Of a DNA stretch of 64,000 bases, positions 1 to 13,744 are shown in pieces. The DNA is from Octopus sinensis (taxonomy: Eukaryota). The stretch is taken from contig NC_043002.1 in assembly GCF_006345805.1 (NCBI RefSeq), positions 14,694,001 to 14,758,000 on the forward strand. The letters are read 5' to 3'. The translations under genes were made by a program, and so were the position numbers. The notes beneath the pieces were generated by a model that ran no database searches, was not told the origin of the DNA, and was given only the letters and a program-made list of their open reading frames with translations. Within the stretch, counting starts at the first letter, position 1; the number at the start of each line of letters is the position of its first letter.

Positions 1-140
1 TCATTGTCACTCATATGAGGTAGTGATTATTCGATTGCGCAATTACCAGTGTTTTAATCATTAACCAGCTCATGAGGAGGAAGAGGCTCCACCTGTTTCC
101 TTTCATTATTATAATTATTATTATTAATATTATCACCTTC

Positions 141-225
141 ACCGACCAGGCTATCAGATGTTGCTACACATCGCTGGTCACAATGCGCTTCGCATTGTTT
201 TAGCCTTCAAATAACGCCACCCCGC

Positions 226-226
<1 letters not shown>
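141..226. repeat. Fragment of a dispersed repeat; another copy lies in the opposite orientation at about 2085-2200
   Basis: accgaccaggctatcagatgttgctacacatcgctggtcacaatgcgcttcgc...ccccgct is the near reverse complement of 2101-2185. It is followed by a (TTA)n tract at about 227-292. Confidence 0.7.
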
Positions 227-291
<65 letters not shown>

Positions 292-827
292 CATCATCAT
301 CATCACTGATATAACTGATATTATTGTTTTTATGTGAAGTAGCAGCCGTGGTTGTAGTACCAGCTACACTAGCTTGCGTGGGGGTAGTGGTAATAATGAT
401 ATTTGGGACTCACATACCTGTGCTATCATAATAGTAGTAGTTGTAGTGTTAATTTATTGTTAGTAGTATTTAGTATTAGTAGCTGCAGCATATTGTTTTT
501 TTATCATTATCACCATCAGCTCCACCACCACCACCACCACACCACCACCACCACCATTGTTTTAGGGAAAAGTTGGGTAGCAGTTTGGTGAATAGATCAT
601 ATTCTACAAATCTATAAATAGATTCGGCAGTTGGTGGGGAGGTCAGTCATAGAGACAAAGGGCTATTCACTCTCTTTAGGTCAGCAGAGGTCAAATGTGC
701 TTATTACTATCAGTGGATACTGGGAGCAATGCCTTGAAAAGAAGCTTTTCAACCTGTTCTATCTGTAATTACTGGTAGAAAAAGCAATAATAATAAAATA
801 TATATACACATGCACATGCATATCACT

Positions 828-1044
828 TCTTTTTCACTTGTTTCAGTCATTTTGACTGCGGCCATGCTGGAGCAACGCCTTTGATCGAGCAACTCGACCC
901 CGGGACATATTCTTTGTAAGCCCAGTACTTATTATATCGGTCTCTTTTGCCAAATCACTAAGTTACGGGGACATAAATACACAAGTATTGGTTGTCAAGC
1001 AATGCTAGGGGGGGGGGGCAAAAACAGACACACTAACACACACA

Positions 1045-1079
<35 letters not shown>

Positions 1080-1237
1080 GACGGGCTTCTTTCAGTTTCC
1101 GTCTACCAAATCCACTCACAAGGCTTCGGCCGGTCCGAGGCTATAGTAGAAGACACTTGCCCAAGGTGCCACGCAGTGGGACTGAACCTGGAACCATGGG
1201 GTTGGTAAACAAGCTACTTACCACACAGTCACTCCTG
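828..1237 (-). mobile_element. tRNA-derived SINE, family B (full length)
   Basis: Reverse complement of the copy at 37540-37935: head caggagtggctgtgtggtaag...ggttcagtccc, internal (TA/CA)n, 3' end cagcatggccgcagtcaaatgactgaaacaag. Confidence 0.85.
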
Positions 1238-2044
1238 GGGTCTCTATGTCTGACCTCCACACCATCTGCCGAATCATTATTATTATTGAAAAGAATAAAG
1301 GAATACACACATGAGAGAGGGGGAGAGAGAGAGGGAGAGAGAGAGGGTGTGAGAGAAACTCTGGAAGCGCCCAGCATGCTGGTGTTTTAATATCAAGAAA
1401 ATAAATTGCGAAGGCTGTGTAGCTGTGAAAACAGCAGAGAATGATTGAGTATATATCCTTAGAAGGCAGGAAAAGAGATCCCAACGGGCGGCCGCGGTGC
1501 ATCGAAACTCTTGCTCCTCAGATATCGGCTTAGTGCACTAGCCATTAAGCAAAATATCTTAATGGTAAAATACTATCGCCCACGGCGCGTTGACATTCGA
1601 AATGATATTATTTAGCTTTAAAATTAGCGGTGTTCTTGTCAAGGTATGTTTAGCTTAATGCTTACATCGCTCAACGTCGAATCCCCGTAGCCACCTGCTG
1701 AAAATTTATTTCCGTTTTCTAAGGGCAAGTAGCCAATATTTCTCTGCTATACTGCATTCGAAAGATATTTTCTTATTCTTCAAAAACCAACAAATTCGGA
1801 ACTTACATTATTTGTTTTTGAAATATTCTTACATTCGATAAACAAATATTTAACACTAAAATTTACGGTAATTTTTGTCAGGGCTCATACATCTCGGATC
1901 CCGAGGGGTATGAGATTCGATCACCGTAGGAAGCTGTAGGCAACGTTCTTACTGTGCATCTTGCAAGGGTAAATACCCAATATTTTTCTACTGTTTTCAC
2001 CATTGAACTGCATTCGAAATTTATTTTCTTGCCTGTAACATTTA

Positions 2045-2086
<42 letters not shown>

Positions 2087-2208
2087 CTGCTCACTTAGGG
2101 AGCGGGGTGGCGTAATTTGAAGGTTGAAGCAACGCAAAGCGCATTGTGACCAGCAGTGTGTAGCAACATCTGATAGCCTGGTCGGTAACGGTTACGGTAA
2201 TATATATA

Positions 2209-2302
<94 letters not shown>

Positions 2303-2433
2303 ATATATATATATATTACCGTAACCGTCACCGACCAGGCTATCAGATGTTGCTACTTCCCGAGCGTCGAATAATACTTTATATGTTCCACGTCCTTGCG
2401 TTGTTGTGTTTTTTTGTTTTCTTGTTTGGATTA

Positions 2434-2477
<44 letters not shown>

Positions 2478-5121
2478 AGAATAGAAGCATTCCTGAATCA
2501 AATAGAGCTGTCTGAAATTTTAGTATTAATTTGTATTTACATTTGCAATACTTATAACGAGTTTTATTTCCTCTCATTTTACAATAATACTCTCCATACT
2601 ATTATGGTTTTTATGACTTACACGTTTTTTCACTGCGCAGATAACATGCTCACCCGCATTATATATCCATCCGAACTCATATATCTGTGTGTTTGTTTAT
2701 GTGTGTGTATGTCTGTCTGTGTCTGTGTCTGTGTATGTGTGAGTGATTACCTGTCAGTAGGGTAAACTTCTGTTTCGACTATGGAACTACAAAATTTTAT
2801 AGAAATACAGGTTTTGAGTTAAAGGTATATAACTATATTATCTTGCTAGATACTATGAGACAAGCAAAATGATGGACAATGAGAGAGAGTTGAATGTACG
2901 CACGCTTATATATGCGCACACTCTCACACAGAGATATACAGACGCACATAAAACGCACAAAATGTGCGGAGGAGTTAGCGTATGAGTGTGTAAGGCTGCT
3001 TCATCAGACCGCTAAAAATATTTCGGAAATTGTATTACGAATGAGTGAATTTGTAAAAGTAAAACTGATTGAAGATAATGCGTTAAGGCAAAAATAGATT
3101 CCTTTGAAGTCGCTATATGGCTTTCAGTAAAACCTACATAAATTTTAAAATAATCAAACGAATTAGATGTACACATGAATTAACTAGTGAATCTATCCGA
3201 AGCGGTTATTATCGATATTATAATGATTTGGATATTAGGCAGCACTGGAAAAGAAAAAAAAATTAATAGGATATTATTAAGAAATAACGAAACGAGGAAA
3301 ATGAGAAGAAAGTAACATAAAAACGGTTACACACACACACACACACATACAAACGCATATATATATTAAGAGGAAGAGTTTAGAGAAAGCACATGTTGAA
3401 TAGATAGTAGTTTCGCTTCCGTTTATTACGAAAACTATCAATATACTCTAGAAATTAATGCTTAAATGTATACGCAAAAATAATTTGTGGAGTATTAAAT
3501 AACCATGCAATATTAGAACAAACCGTGGAAGAGTTGATATGTGTAATATTCGAATCGAATTGAATTCTCATTAACTGCGGTATTCTTGACGTTGTTTCGT
3601 CAACCGTACACTAATGGATTCTAGCACCATCGCGAAAACAAGATATATGATGGAGTCGTTCAGTCGAGTGAATCAACAATTTAATTTTGCATAGATTATT
3701 TCGCCGAACCTATAAAGATAAAAGAGAATTCGATTTGAACAATGATAAAACTGATAAATTAATTCAAAGATGGATTCTAAAACCCTTTTTAATAAAATCA
3801 ACTTTTGTATTAGCAGCAGTAACCAGATTGTTATGTAGAAGAGTTAAGAGAAGGTCTATTGTTAATCGGAGACAAAGTTTCTACTTGCCTATGCTAACAT
3901 TTCCAATATATATATATATATTATGTTAGATTCTAAAATATATATCCCTTAACATTTAGCCTGATATTCTAAAATAAATGTTATTTCAGTTGAATTTTCC
4001 ATATTATGGGAGACAAACAAAATCAGTAGTCTCTGATTGAGAACTCACATAAAAAATAATTATAAGGTCATACCAGAGAGAGGTTATAAAATATCCTTAG
4101 CCCATGCGTATGAACTTCAAACTATTTTGCTCCCTCTTACCCTCTCTACCAATCTCTGCCTGTCATATTTCCCCCTTCGTCCTCTCTTTCTCGATATATG
4201 CGTGTATATATTTGTGTGCATTTATATTCTAAGTAGAACACTTCAGAAATTTACTGCTTGCGGATTATATCGCAGACGAAATGAGTTTCTTCTCCTTTCT
4301 TTCTGAGGGATTAACTCTGGCAGTAAGCAATAATTTTATACGTAATCACAAGCCCAGCTTTAAGTGTAATGAAATGTGAAAAGAAATTATCGTGACAATG
4401 AGGTATGGGGCTATTATTGATTCTTGCTGATTACCATTGTTTTAGGAGCTTTCCCCATTATTACTTGGTAGAATTTTTCATTATAATTTTCCCCTAGGTA
4501 TACAAGAACTATTATATTTTATGGTCTCTCATAAATCGAAAAAAATGAGTCATTCTTTAAAGAGTGAGGGGCGATATATTCATTGAAATATTTAACTATC
4601 TTCATAAAAAGCATTAGTTGGCTTTTGTTCTATCTGATTATCAGACAGTGAATACCATCCTCACCCATCCAAGATCAAAGGTAAATATAAGCAAACGGAT
4701 GCGCATACTTCACGCAAGGGCCGCACTTTGTTGTTTATCCTGCTCATGGGTTCACTTTCTCATACAAGGATATACACAAACCACGCGGCAGGCTCTCCAA
4801 AATAATCTGCCTACACAATTTTACTGATAAAACTTGGAATGACTCCAAGCTGTGGAATAACCGCTTGCCCAAGGTGCCATGGATGAGGTAGAATAATAAA
4901 GGATTGCGACTTCAACATACTACCAATGCATCGATTTAAAAAATAAGAAGACAAGTGCCACCATCATACGAAGGAGTAATGCCGTAGAGGTTTACTAAAA
5001 ATCATTGGAATGACGGTAACAATTAAAACACTGACGCGTTGTACACATAGGATTTAAAGTCACAGATTATTGTAACGCGGTAAAAGTAAAAGAATGATTG
5101 AGAGCTAAGAATACCAGAATA

Positions 5122-5153
<32 letters not shown>

Positions 5154-5164
5154 TTATCGATTTT

Positions 5165-5392
5165 ATTTCTTTATTGCCCACAAAGAGCTAGACATAGAGG
5201 GGACAAACAAGGACATACAAAGGGATTAAGTCGACTACATCGACCCCAGTGCGAAACTGGTACTTAATTTATCGACCCCGAAAGGATGAAAGGCAGAGCC
5301 GACCTCGGCGGGATTTGAACTCAGAACGTAACGGCAGACGAAATACCGCAAAGCATTTCGCCGGCGTGCTAACGATTCCGCCAGCTCGCTGC

Positions 5393-5393
<1 letters not shown>
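5165..5393 (-). mobile_element. tRNA-derived SINE, family A (Meta-domain-like core)
   Basis: Minus strand reads ggcagcgagctggc...gagttcaaat...ggtcggctctgcctttcatcctttcggggtcgataaattaagtaccag. At least eight related copies are in the window. The Meta-domain assignment is from memory of MetaSINE cores. Confidence 0.85.
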
Positions 5394-5450
<57 letters not shown>

Positions 5451-5985
5451 CTATCTATCTATCTATCTATCTATCCATCTCTCTCTCTCCCTCTCTCTCT
5501 CTCTATATATATATATTTATATTTCGTACTTAGTTTGTACTCGACTTTGTTTAAATATTTATTTTTACTCGTGTAAGTTTGAGTTATTCAAATATTTACA
5601 ATATTGATTCACATTGCTATCAACCAGATCGTAAGTTATTTTCGATTATTTATGAATGGCTGCATCGCCTGCAGTAACAGGCGGAATCCTATACACATTC
5701 TCCCATAGTATTTTTCAAGTGTAAATTTAATGCAGATGTTTCTATCCAAGCCTGCAAACACCGCATTACATTACGGTGAATTCAACTTTGAATATTGAAG
5801 TACTAGTGACAAAAATTATTACACCGTTATTCAGAAAACATAGAGAAAATACATTTAACATCCTTTCTCGAGATTCACTTAATGTCTCTGCAATGCGTGG
5901 GTACTTCGTAGGAATATACTAATGGACACAATAGGATATAGGTGTTCAATTCGCTTATCCTGAGCTTGAAAGTAACTTCGAATAG

Positions 5986-6067
<82 letters not shown>

Positions 6068-6092
6068 ATTATGTATGTATATAATATATAGG

Positions 6093-6132
<40 letters not shown>

Positions 6133-6165
6133 TAAGAAAGTTTGTTTGGTAAAGCACGTGGGTGA

Positions 6166-6547
6166 ATATATAAGAAAATAGTAAAGTGTGAAAAAACGAC
6201 AGAAGGCTTAAATGTTAAAAAATATATATATTTGTGTCAAAATGTCTGGAGAATATTGGAAAAATTTTTTTTTTTTTTTTTTTTTTCCCCTTTCCTTAAA
6301 ATGACATAATTTAAAAATTTTTAAAGAAAGTACCGGTTTCGCGTGTAGCTTTTCAAATTTCTTGTGACAAGAAATTTGAAAAGCTACACGCGAAACCGGT
6401 ACTTTCTTTAAAAATTTTAAAATTATGTCATTTTAAGGAAAGGGAAAAAAAAAAAAATTTTTCCAATATTCTCCAGACATTTTCACACAAATATATATAT
6501 TTTTTAACATTTAAGCCTTCTGTCGTTTTTTCACACTTTACTATTTT

Positions 6548-6556
<9 letters not shown>
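6166..6556. repeat. Near-perfect palindrome, about 195-bp arms with a 1-nt spacer at 6366, between (TA)n tracts
   Basis: The apex reads tttcaaatttcttgt-g-acaagaaatttgaaa. The arms differ only by two substitutions and homopolymer lengths. Confidence 0.95.
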
Positions 6557-6624
<68 letters not shown>

Positions 6625-8535
6625 TATATACATATATATATACATATATATATACATATATGTATATATATATATAGATATATGTATATATATGTATATA
6701 TATAACTCAATTTACACAAGTAAAAGTAGATATTTAAACACAGTCGGGTACAAACTAAGTACGATATATATATATATATATCGATACAAAGATAGATAGG
6801 TTGATAGATAGATATGTGTGTGTATATATATAATATTCATATGTAAAAAATATATATATATGTGTATATATATGTATATATATCTATGCATATATATATG
6901 CATATATACGTAGAAATATACACTCATATATGCATAAATGTGTTTGTATATATCTATGTATTTGCATATATGGGTATGCGTGTATGTGTGTGTGTACGTG
7001 CCTGTGTACATCATTCTGCTTATGTTATTTTAAGGCATATAGAATATATTTCACTAGCACACATATATCAAATACAGTACTCAATTTAATGGGATTAAGG
7101 AATATGTCAATCGATCTCATCGTTATTACTAGCTACAGCTACTCGATCTTCTTCTAGAACAACATTTACCACCACAAATAAAATGATACCAGATACACGA
7201 AAAATGAGACTTGTAAATGTAATTCATTCTGCAGAGGAAACTATGTTACTAACATGAAAAATCCTGGTGAGTAAGGAGAAAACAATCGCTTCTGACATTT
7301 TAGAAATTACGATTGATTAAACCCTCTTGTTTACATTTCATATTTTTTTTTGCTCTTTTGTAGTTATTTTTACTTCCCCAACACATAAGGCTAAAAATGA
7401 TCTCCATTTCTTATTTATAGCATTTGATCTTCCTGTTCTGAATGATCATTCTTAAAGTATTTCTGTCTGTTCTCATTACAGGGAATAATTCCTTGAACGC
7501 TTTATGTTATTGCATCTGCATAACGATAGAACGGGTTCGGTTTCATACCACTTAATATTAATGTAGAACTAAGTATATATCTGGAGTCAAACCATATCGT
7601 ATTGGATAACCCAGATAGATATTGGTTTAAAATGCTGCGAGATTAATATAAACGCAGACAAGTAACACAGTAACTCACATTGCCTCTTCCACCAAAGTTT
7701 TAAGAATGTTACATAGATTTCCGTACACCTTTCCACATTTGAACAACCTGTTCTGTATATCAAAATTTCCGTTTCCATTTATTCTAGGGAGTGAAGAATG
7801 TCACTGTGGTTTAAAAATTACCCATGTAAGTCACGTTCAATCTGCCATTTCAGAATTGACTCAGGAAGAGGACTACTTACATTACTCAAGTACAACAACG
7901 TAAGCATATGGATGTTACAGCTGTTCTTGTCGGTGTTATTGATGTTGTAAATCACATTATCAATAACCTCAATGTTAACAAAAACTTTATTGTCCTTTGT
8001 TTTGTGTGTGTTTTCGAATGATTGAATGAATGAATTTATGTAATTTTCTAATACCTTATTGTACATTTTAGTTTTAGTGGAAAGTGTTAAGGATTTTCAT
8101 AAATAACCGTTTATCCATGAAATATAATAGTGTTTAAAAAGTTAGGTGTTCAGTTAATTAGTTATACTGCCGATGACAAATATTAAGGTATATTTGCCTA
8201 GTTTACAGTGAACAATATAAACGAAGTCTGCTGAGGTTCTTCCCACTTCCTGTGTCAGTGTGTTGAAGTTAAAGAGTTAAAAGACATGCACTCCAAGTGA
8301 GTCGATGAAATCTGATCTGTCGCTCACTCTCCGAAGAAGTCCACGTATCAACAATGCTCAGACACTGAAGTTGCATGTTGAGTGTATTTTGTGTAGCATT
8401 GCTTGGTTGCAGTTGAGGTGTGCAAAATCTTATTTCCGTAGTGTCGGATAGTATATATGTAGAAGATTGTTTATTTAAGGAGCTGATTTTGTAATTTTTT
8501 TTTTGTGTAAGAGTTGTGTTGGTTATATATTTCAT

Positions 8536-8772
8536 GCAGCGGCGAGCTGGCAGAAACGTTAGCACGCCAAGCAAAATACCTAGTAGTATTTCGTATGTCT
8601 TTACGTTTTGAGTTCAAATTCCGCAGAGGTCGACTTTGCCTTTCATCCTTTCAGGGTTGATAAATTAAGTACCAGTTACGCACTGGGGGTCGATGTAATT
8701 GACTTAATCCCTTTATCTGTCCTTGTTTGTTCCCTTCTATGTTTAGCCCTTTGTGGGCAATAAAGAAATAAG
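8536..8772 (+). mobile_element. SINE family A
   Basis: gcagcggcgagctggcagaaacgttagcacg...gagttcaaattccgcagaggtcgactttgcctttcatcc...gtgggcaataaagaaataag. Confidence 0.85.
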
Positions 8773-10673
8773 CATCTGGCCTCATTTGAACAAGGTTTTG
8801 GCAGGATGTAGCCGTAACTATATCTTTCAGACATTGTCTCAATTTATAAGCCTTCATATGACCTGTATTTTTTCTTTCTTTTTCTTTTCTCTTTCCCACT
8901 GCTCTAATTCACATTACAAATAGTATAACATCTCATTCGAGTTTATATGAATCTCAAGGTCCTTGTATTTATATTACTTTTGTGTTAGATGTTATTTCCT
9001 AATTATGATGTGATTCATTACATTCTGATCTTTCTAATTTACAGCTTCCACTTATTTCTTATCGATTATTTTTATTAAATGTACGTCCACCGTCTTACAT
9101 GATGTTATCAACAGGTTTCACACATTTTTTTTTATATTGTATCTTAATGCACCACATCTGCATCATATTTTAACTATAAAAGTGAAAATAGTTAAAATCT
9201 ATATATATATGTACGGTAAGAACTAAAATGTGCACTTTCTGAAACACAATATTCTTATCGACACTTCCTTCGATGTGGGAGGAATGTAGTTGGGAACTGA
9301 ATCCGTAAGGCTTGCCTTAAATTGGCAGTGCCAAGTAAAGTGTTGCTGAAGGTAACAGGTGTCAAAAGTTCTCCGTAACATGTACTTTATCTCCTAAATT
9401 TTCAGCGTACCATAGTAAAAATAGCATAGAAATCAAGGACTGATACCATCTTTTTGCTGATAGAACACTTTGTCCATTTGTATATTCTCCGATGTCAGGC
9501 GCCCAAAGACGATTCTCCTAAAACACAGGAGTACAATTTGTCAGATAGATGGAATAGAGTTAAGGATGTAAGAGAAACACTGGTGCTTCTACTCACCGCG
9601 TCTTCTTTGTAGATATTGTAGTCTCAACCGTAGCCTGCACCACATCGATACCGAAGTATTAATCCTCCGCTTAGAGTGAGTTGAACCGCTGGTGTGTCAA
9701 AGCTTGAGAAAAAGTAGATCTTCTGATCAAATTGAAAATGCGTGATGGGGAAATACGGTGGGCAATTCAGAACAGTTGAACAGATAATACATGATGCAGA
9801 TATTGTGTTCATTCATATTTACGCGCCCTTCCACCCATATTCTCTCTCAACCTACATGGCTTATATATAATAATACATATATGATGTATTATTTCCTGTG
9901 CATTCAGCCTCCACCAACACGCTATATGTTTAGTATCTAGACTGAAACATACTTGAGGTTACTCACATGAAGCTTGGGCAAGCAACCCACAAAAAGCCTG
10001 CTATTACGTATCAACGATTTCCCTGTGCCGGCCGCACAAATGTAAGAACACTCCTGAAAAATTGTTCGTTTTTCCGAAACAAGAAATAGATCAAAACATA
10101 ATAAACAAAAGATCCAATTGAGGTTAACATATCGATTCGTAAAATCGTATTATAAACACAGTTATGATAGGTGCCCAATCTGATCGACAACTGGAAATTT
10201 CCTCTGTATTTTGAAGTTACTGTGCATCTATAGACTGGACAGAAACTGGCAGCATTGATTCCAAATTCCAGATACTAAGGACGCCGAATATCCAACGAGT
10301 TGGACAGGATAAATTGAGTTTATGCGATAGATTGATGTGCTGGATTCCCTTGTTGGAAGAGGTACTGGAAATCGTTCACGCCTGAATAAATCTGAAATCA
10401 CTGCCGATGGAAAATGTTCAACATAGTCATGTGGAACTTTCACTAGTACTGAATCTATAACATTTGTTCACATTACTCTTCTCTGTTTTGACATTTACTT
10501 CTGTTCAAGGGACGTGAATAAAAAAAATATCATTTAAAGATAACTCATGTCTTACAGATTAAGACCCATGCGATTTATCATTGTAATATATATATATGTG
10601 GGTGTGTGCGTGTGTGTGTGTGTGCGTGTGTGTGTATGTATGTATATATATGTGTGTATATAATAATAATAAT

Positions 10674-10725
<52 letters not shown>

Positions 10726-10729
<4 letters not shown>

Positions 10730-11398
10730 TTTGCAAAAACCTGGATTTGCCCCATGTAAAAAACTGGTGGGAACACAATCCACCTCCTGTGCTTGAAAAT
10801 GACCACATCTCACTCCTCTGGAACTTCACCATTCAAACTGACAGGAAGATAGATGCAAATAGGCCAGACATTATATTGAAAGACTTCAGACAAAGGACAT
10901 GCCTCGTCATTGATATGACTGTCCCAGTCGATATAAACGTATCTGTCAAGACCTACCAAAAACTGAGCAAATATAAAGATCTTGAAATAGAAATCAGCAA
11001 AATGTGGAAGCTGAAGACTAAAACAATACCTGTTGTCATAGGTGCCCTGGGAATGATAGCGAAAGGGACTGATTGCTACCTAACTCAGATACCAGGAAAC
11101 CCCAAAATGGCAGAAATTCAAAAGATAGTGCTCATGGGAACTGCTCATATCCTACGCAAAATACTCTCTATGTAATCCCAAGGTTTAAAACAAACTTTTT
11201 TGTTCATTTATTTATTTATTTATATTTTTTAAAAATTAATTTTTTATTTTTATTTTTATGTATTAGACATTCACTAGTACAACACCAAAAAAAAAAAACC
11301 TAAATATATGGCACAGAACTTCCAACCTGTTGTCTCTTGAGGTCTCTGGGTGAGACTTGGAGCCAACTTGTACAGACATAAAGCAAAAGTCAAACATA

Positions 11399-11400
<2 letters not shown>
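10726..11400 (+). mobile_element. 5'-truncated R4/Dong-clade (RLE) non-LTR retrotransposon 3' end inserted in (TAA)n
   Basis: Open frame to a stop at 11175: WWEHNPPPVLEN...ANRPDIILKD...VIDMTVP...LSKYKDLEIE...GALG...GTAHILRK, the PD-(D/E)xK restriction-like endonuclease region. (TAA)n lies on both sides (about 10661-10725 and 11401-11470), the known Dong target. Confidence 0.85.
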
Positions 11401-11470
<70 letters not shown>

Positions 11471-11472
<2 letters not shown>

Positions 11473-11680
11473 TTCGTCCTTCGGGTTCGAAGATGACCAT
11501 TGATATCATTTGGTGGAATTGCTGCTATGAGACCGGAGGTGGCTGGTGAGGCCAATCCGGGAAAGAAGTGGGTAGGGGCTGTGCTATTGGTGCAGGTGGC
11601 TCTGGCTTTCCACATCTGGCGTTTCTGTTCTGCTGACTGAATCCGTCTCTCCTCGGCTGTCTTTGCTCCTGTTTTTTTTC
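11471..11680 (-). mobile_element. RTE-clade LINE 3' end fragment
   Basis: Minus strand gives AEQKRQMWKARATCT, then after a frame break IGLTSHLRSH, then atggtcatcttcgaacccgaaggacgaaca and an (ATT)n tail. This is typical of RTE/BovB-like termini. Confidence 0.7.
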
Positions 11681-12503
11681 ATTCGTGACTAGACATAATG
11701 AGGACTAATGATCTAGAGGTTACGCCGAGATAGATGTTTCATTGAAAAACTACAAGTTTGCAGATCAATCACAGACATTATGAATACTCTGCACATTACG
11801 AATATTACTTAAGCAGTTGTAAATGAAAAATTACGGGTGAGTTTGTGATTATGGGAAATGATTGCAACATTTATTTTTTAGTTCTACTGAGAAACACTCT
11901 TGCATTGATGGGTGCAACTATGAAAAACAAAATACGTAACTCGAATCTATGACGTTATCAAACCCATATTTCAAGATTTAGTAAGATATTAATAATGCAA
12001 GAGGCTATAATTTTATCTTATGTTCTTTGGAAAATTACGCATGATTAATATAAATGCATAATGAAAAAGTTTACCCTTTTCGAATAAAGAAATTTGTTGG
12101 CACATCTGTGATGATCATCGAGCGTTGCCCTATCTGGAATCCTTCACTTATCAACTCTGCCAAGATTCCTGAGCAGTATAAACCGTATAACAAAATGAAC
12201 GATCTATTTGAGCGTGAAAATATACGAATATGGTCGATTTATGAACTGGGATGTTCAATGCGGGCAAACGTAGACTTCAAACTAAACTAAACCTGGTTAA
12301 GAGCCCCCGATGAAGAGACTGCCGTTATGTTGCTAACTAGAGGCAATCAAGTTGGAACATTTACCTGAGGCCCAAAATGTGATATTAACCAAACAAAAAG
12401 GTTGTAGTAATAGGAAGTACAATTTTATTAACATTAATAGAAATTAATCCTAAAACGAGAGATTTTCAGAGTCTTAAATCACCCCACGCACACACACACA
12501 CAC

Positions 12504-12535
<32 letters not shown>

Positions 12536-12587
12536 ATATATATATATATATATGTTTGTATATATATATATATATATGTTTGTATAT

Positions 12588-12619
<32 letters not shown>

Positions 12620-13317
12620 ATGTATATGTTAAATATATACATATGTACACACACACACACGTACACACACTCGTATATGTATATGGTGCTGGTGGTAAAT
12701 TATTCAATGTCCGCTGCTATGATATCTCAACGTCTATTATAAATAGTCTTTTGTGTGAAAATAATTCAATAATTAGGGATGTTAAAATACGGACATTGGA
12801 AAAGTTCTCAATGGCGCCATCTCCGTGAAAAATATACAGTTCAATGAAGAATGCACTATGTAAGTTAATGAGCCGAAAATAACGTTTAATCATTTGGAAT
12901 TATAACAGTAGTGAGATAAATTTTTCATTGTTCTTAATTATTCATCCATGAAGAATCTGACGCCAATAAGTAAACTACTACATGATTGCTCGATCTGCTA
13001 AAGTTAGCAGCCGTATGAGGAATACATGAAAGGTTTATTTTAAACTTACATACATTAGATCTGACGAAAATATTTCTTTGATCAGAATTGCGCCCAACAA
13101 GATCAATAGCAGCGACACCATTCGAATATAAATATTCTGATATTTTCTCCAGAAAGAAAAACACTTCGATATATATATAAATATAGGTGCATCGGTGAAT
13201 GTGCAGTTCGAAATATGTATTGATCTTTCTTCAGTCCCACTGTGTGTCATCTTGAGCCAAGTGTCATTACACACACACACACATACACACACACACACAC
13301 CATACACACACACACAC

Positions 13318-13435
<118 letters not shown>

Positions 13436-13502
13436 TATACATACAATGATGGTGATATGTTACCAATTTTGCAACAGAAAGGCAAAAGTATTTACGACAG
13501 TA

Positions 13503-13660
13503 AAGCGACTGACAGCGCTATTCAACATCAGTTTTGCTTGAGATAACTGTCAAAGCGATTCATAGCCACAAGTAAATAAGACGGCGTGTTTTTGTAGCTA
13601 TGAGTCGTTTTGACTCTAATTTCTAGCAATGCTCTTGGTGAATAGCGCCCTCGGTCGCTT
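13503..13660. repeat. Imperfect hairpin of about 158 bp (MITE-like relic)
   Basis: Nested complementary blocks: aagcgac/gtcgctt, gcgctattca/tgaatagcgc, tcaaagcgattcatagc/gctatgagtcgttttga. Confidence 0.65.
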
Positions 13661-13744
13661 GGAAATTAAAAAGCTTACACGATTATATACAAGAATGTCT
13701 CACTACTGAGTCAAGACCGGTGTTTAAAAAATGCATGCGAAACC

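Noticed and set aside
11720-12400. Coding-like stretch ending in a CGATGA...GGAAC motif (possible Penelope tail)
   Set aside because: No diagnostic protein motif could be recovered, and the core is degenerate.
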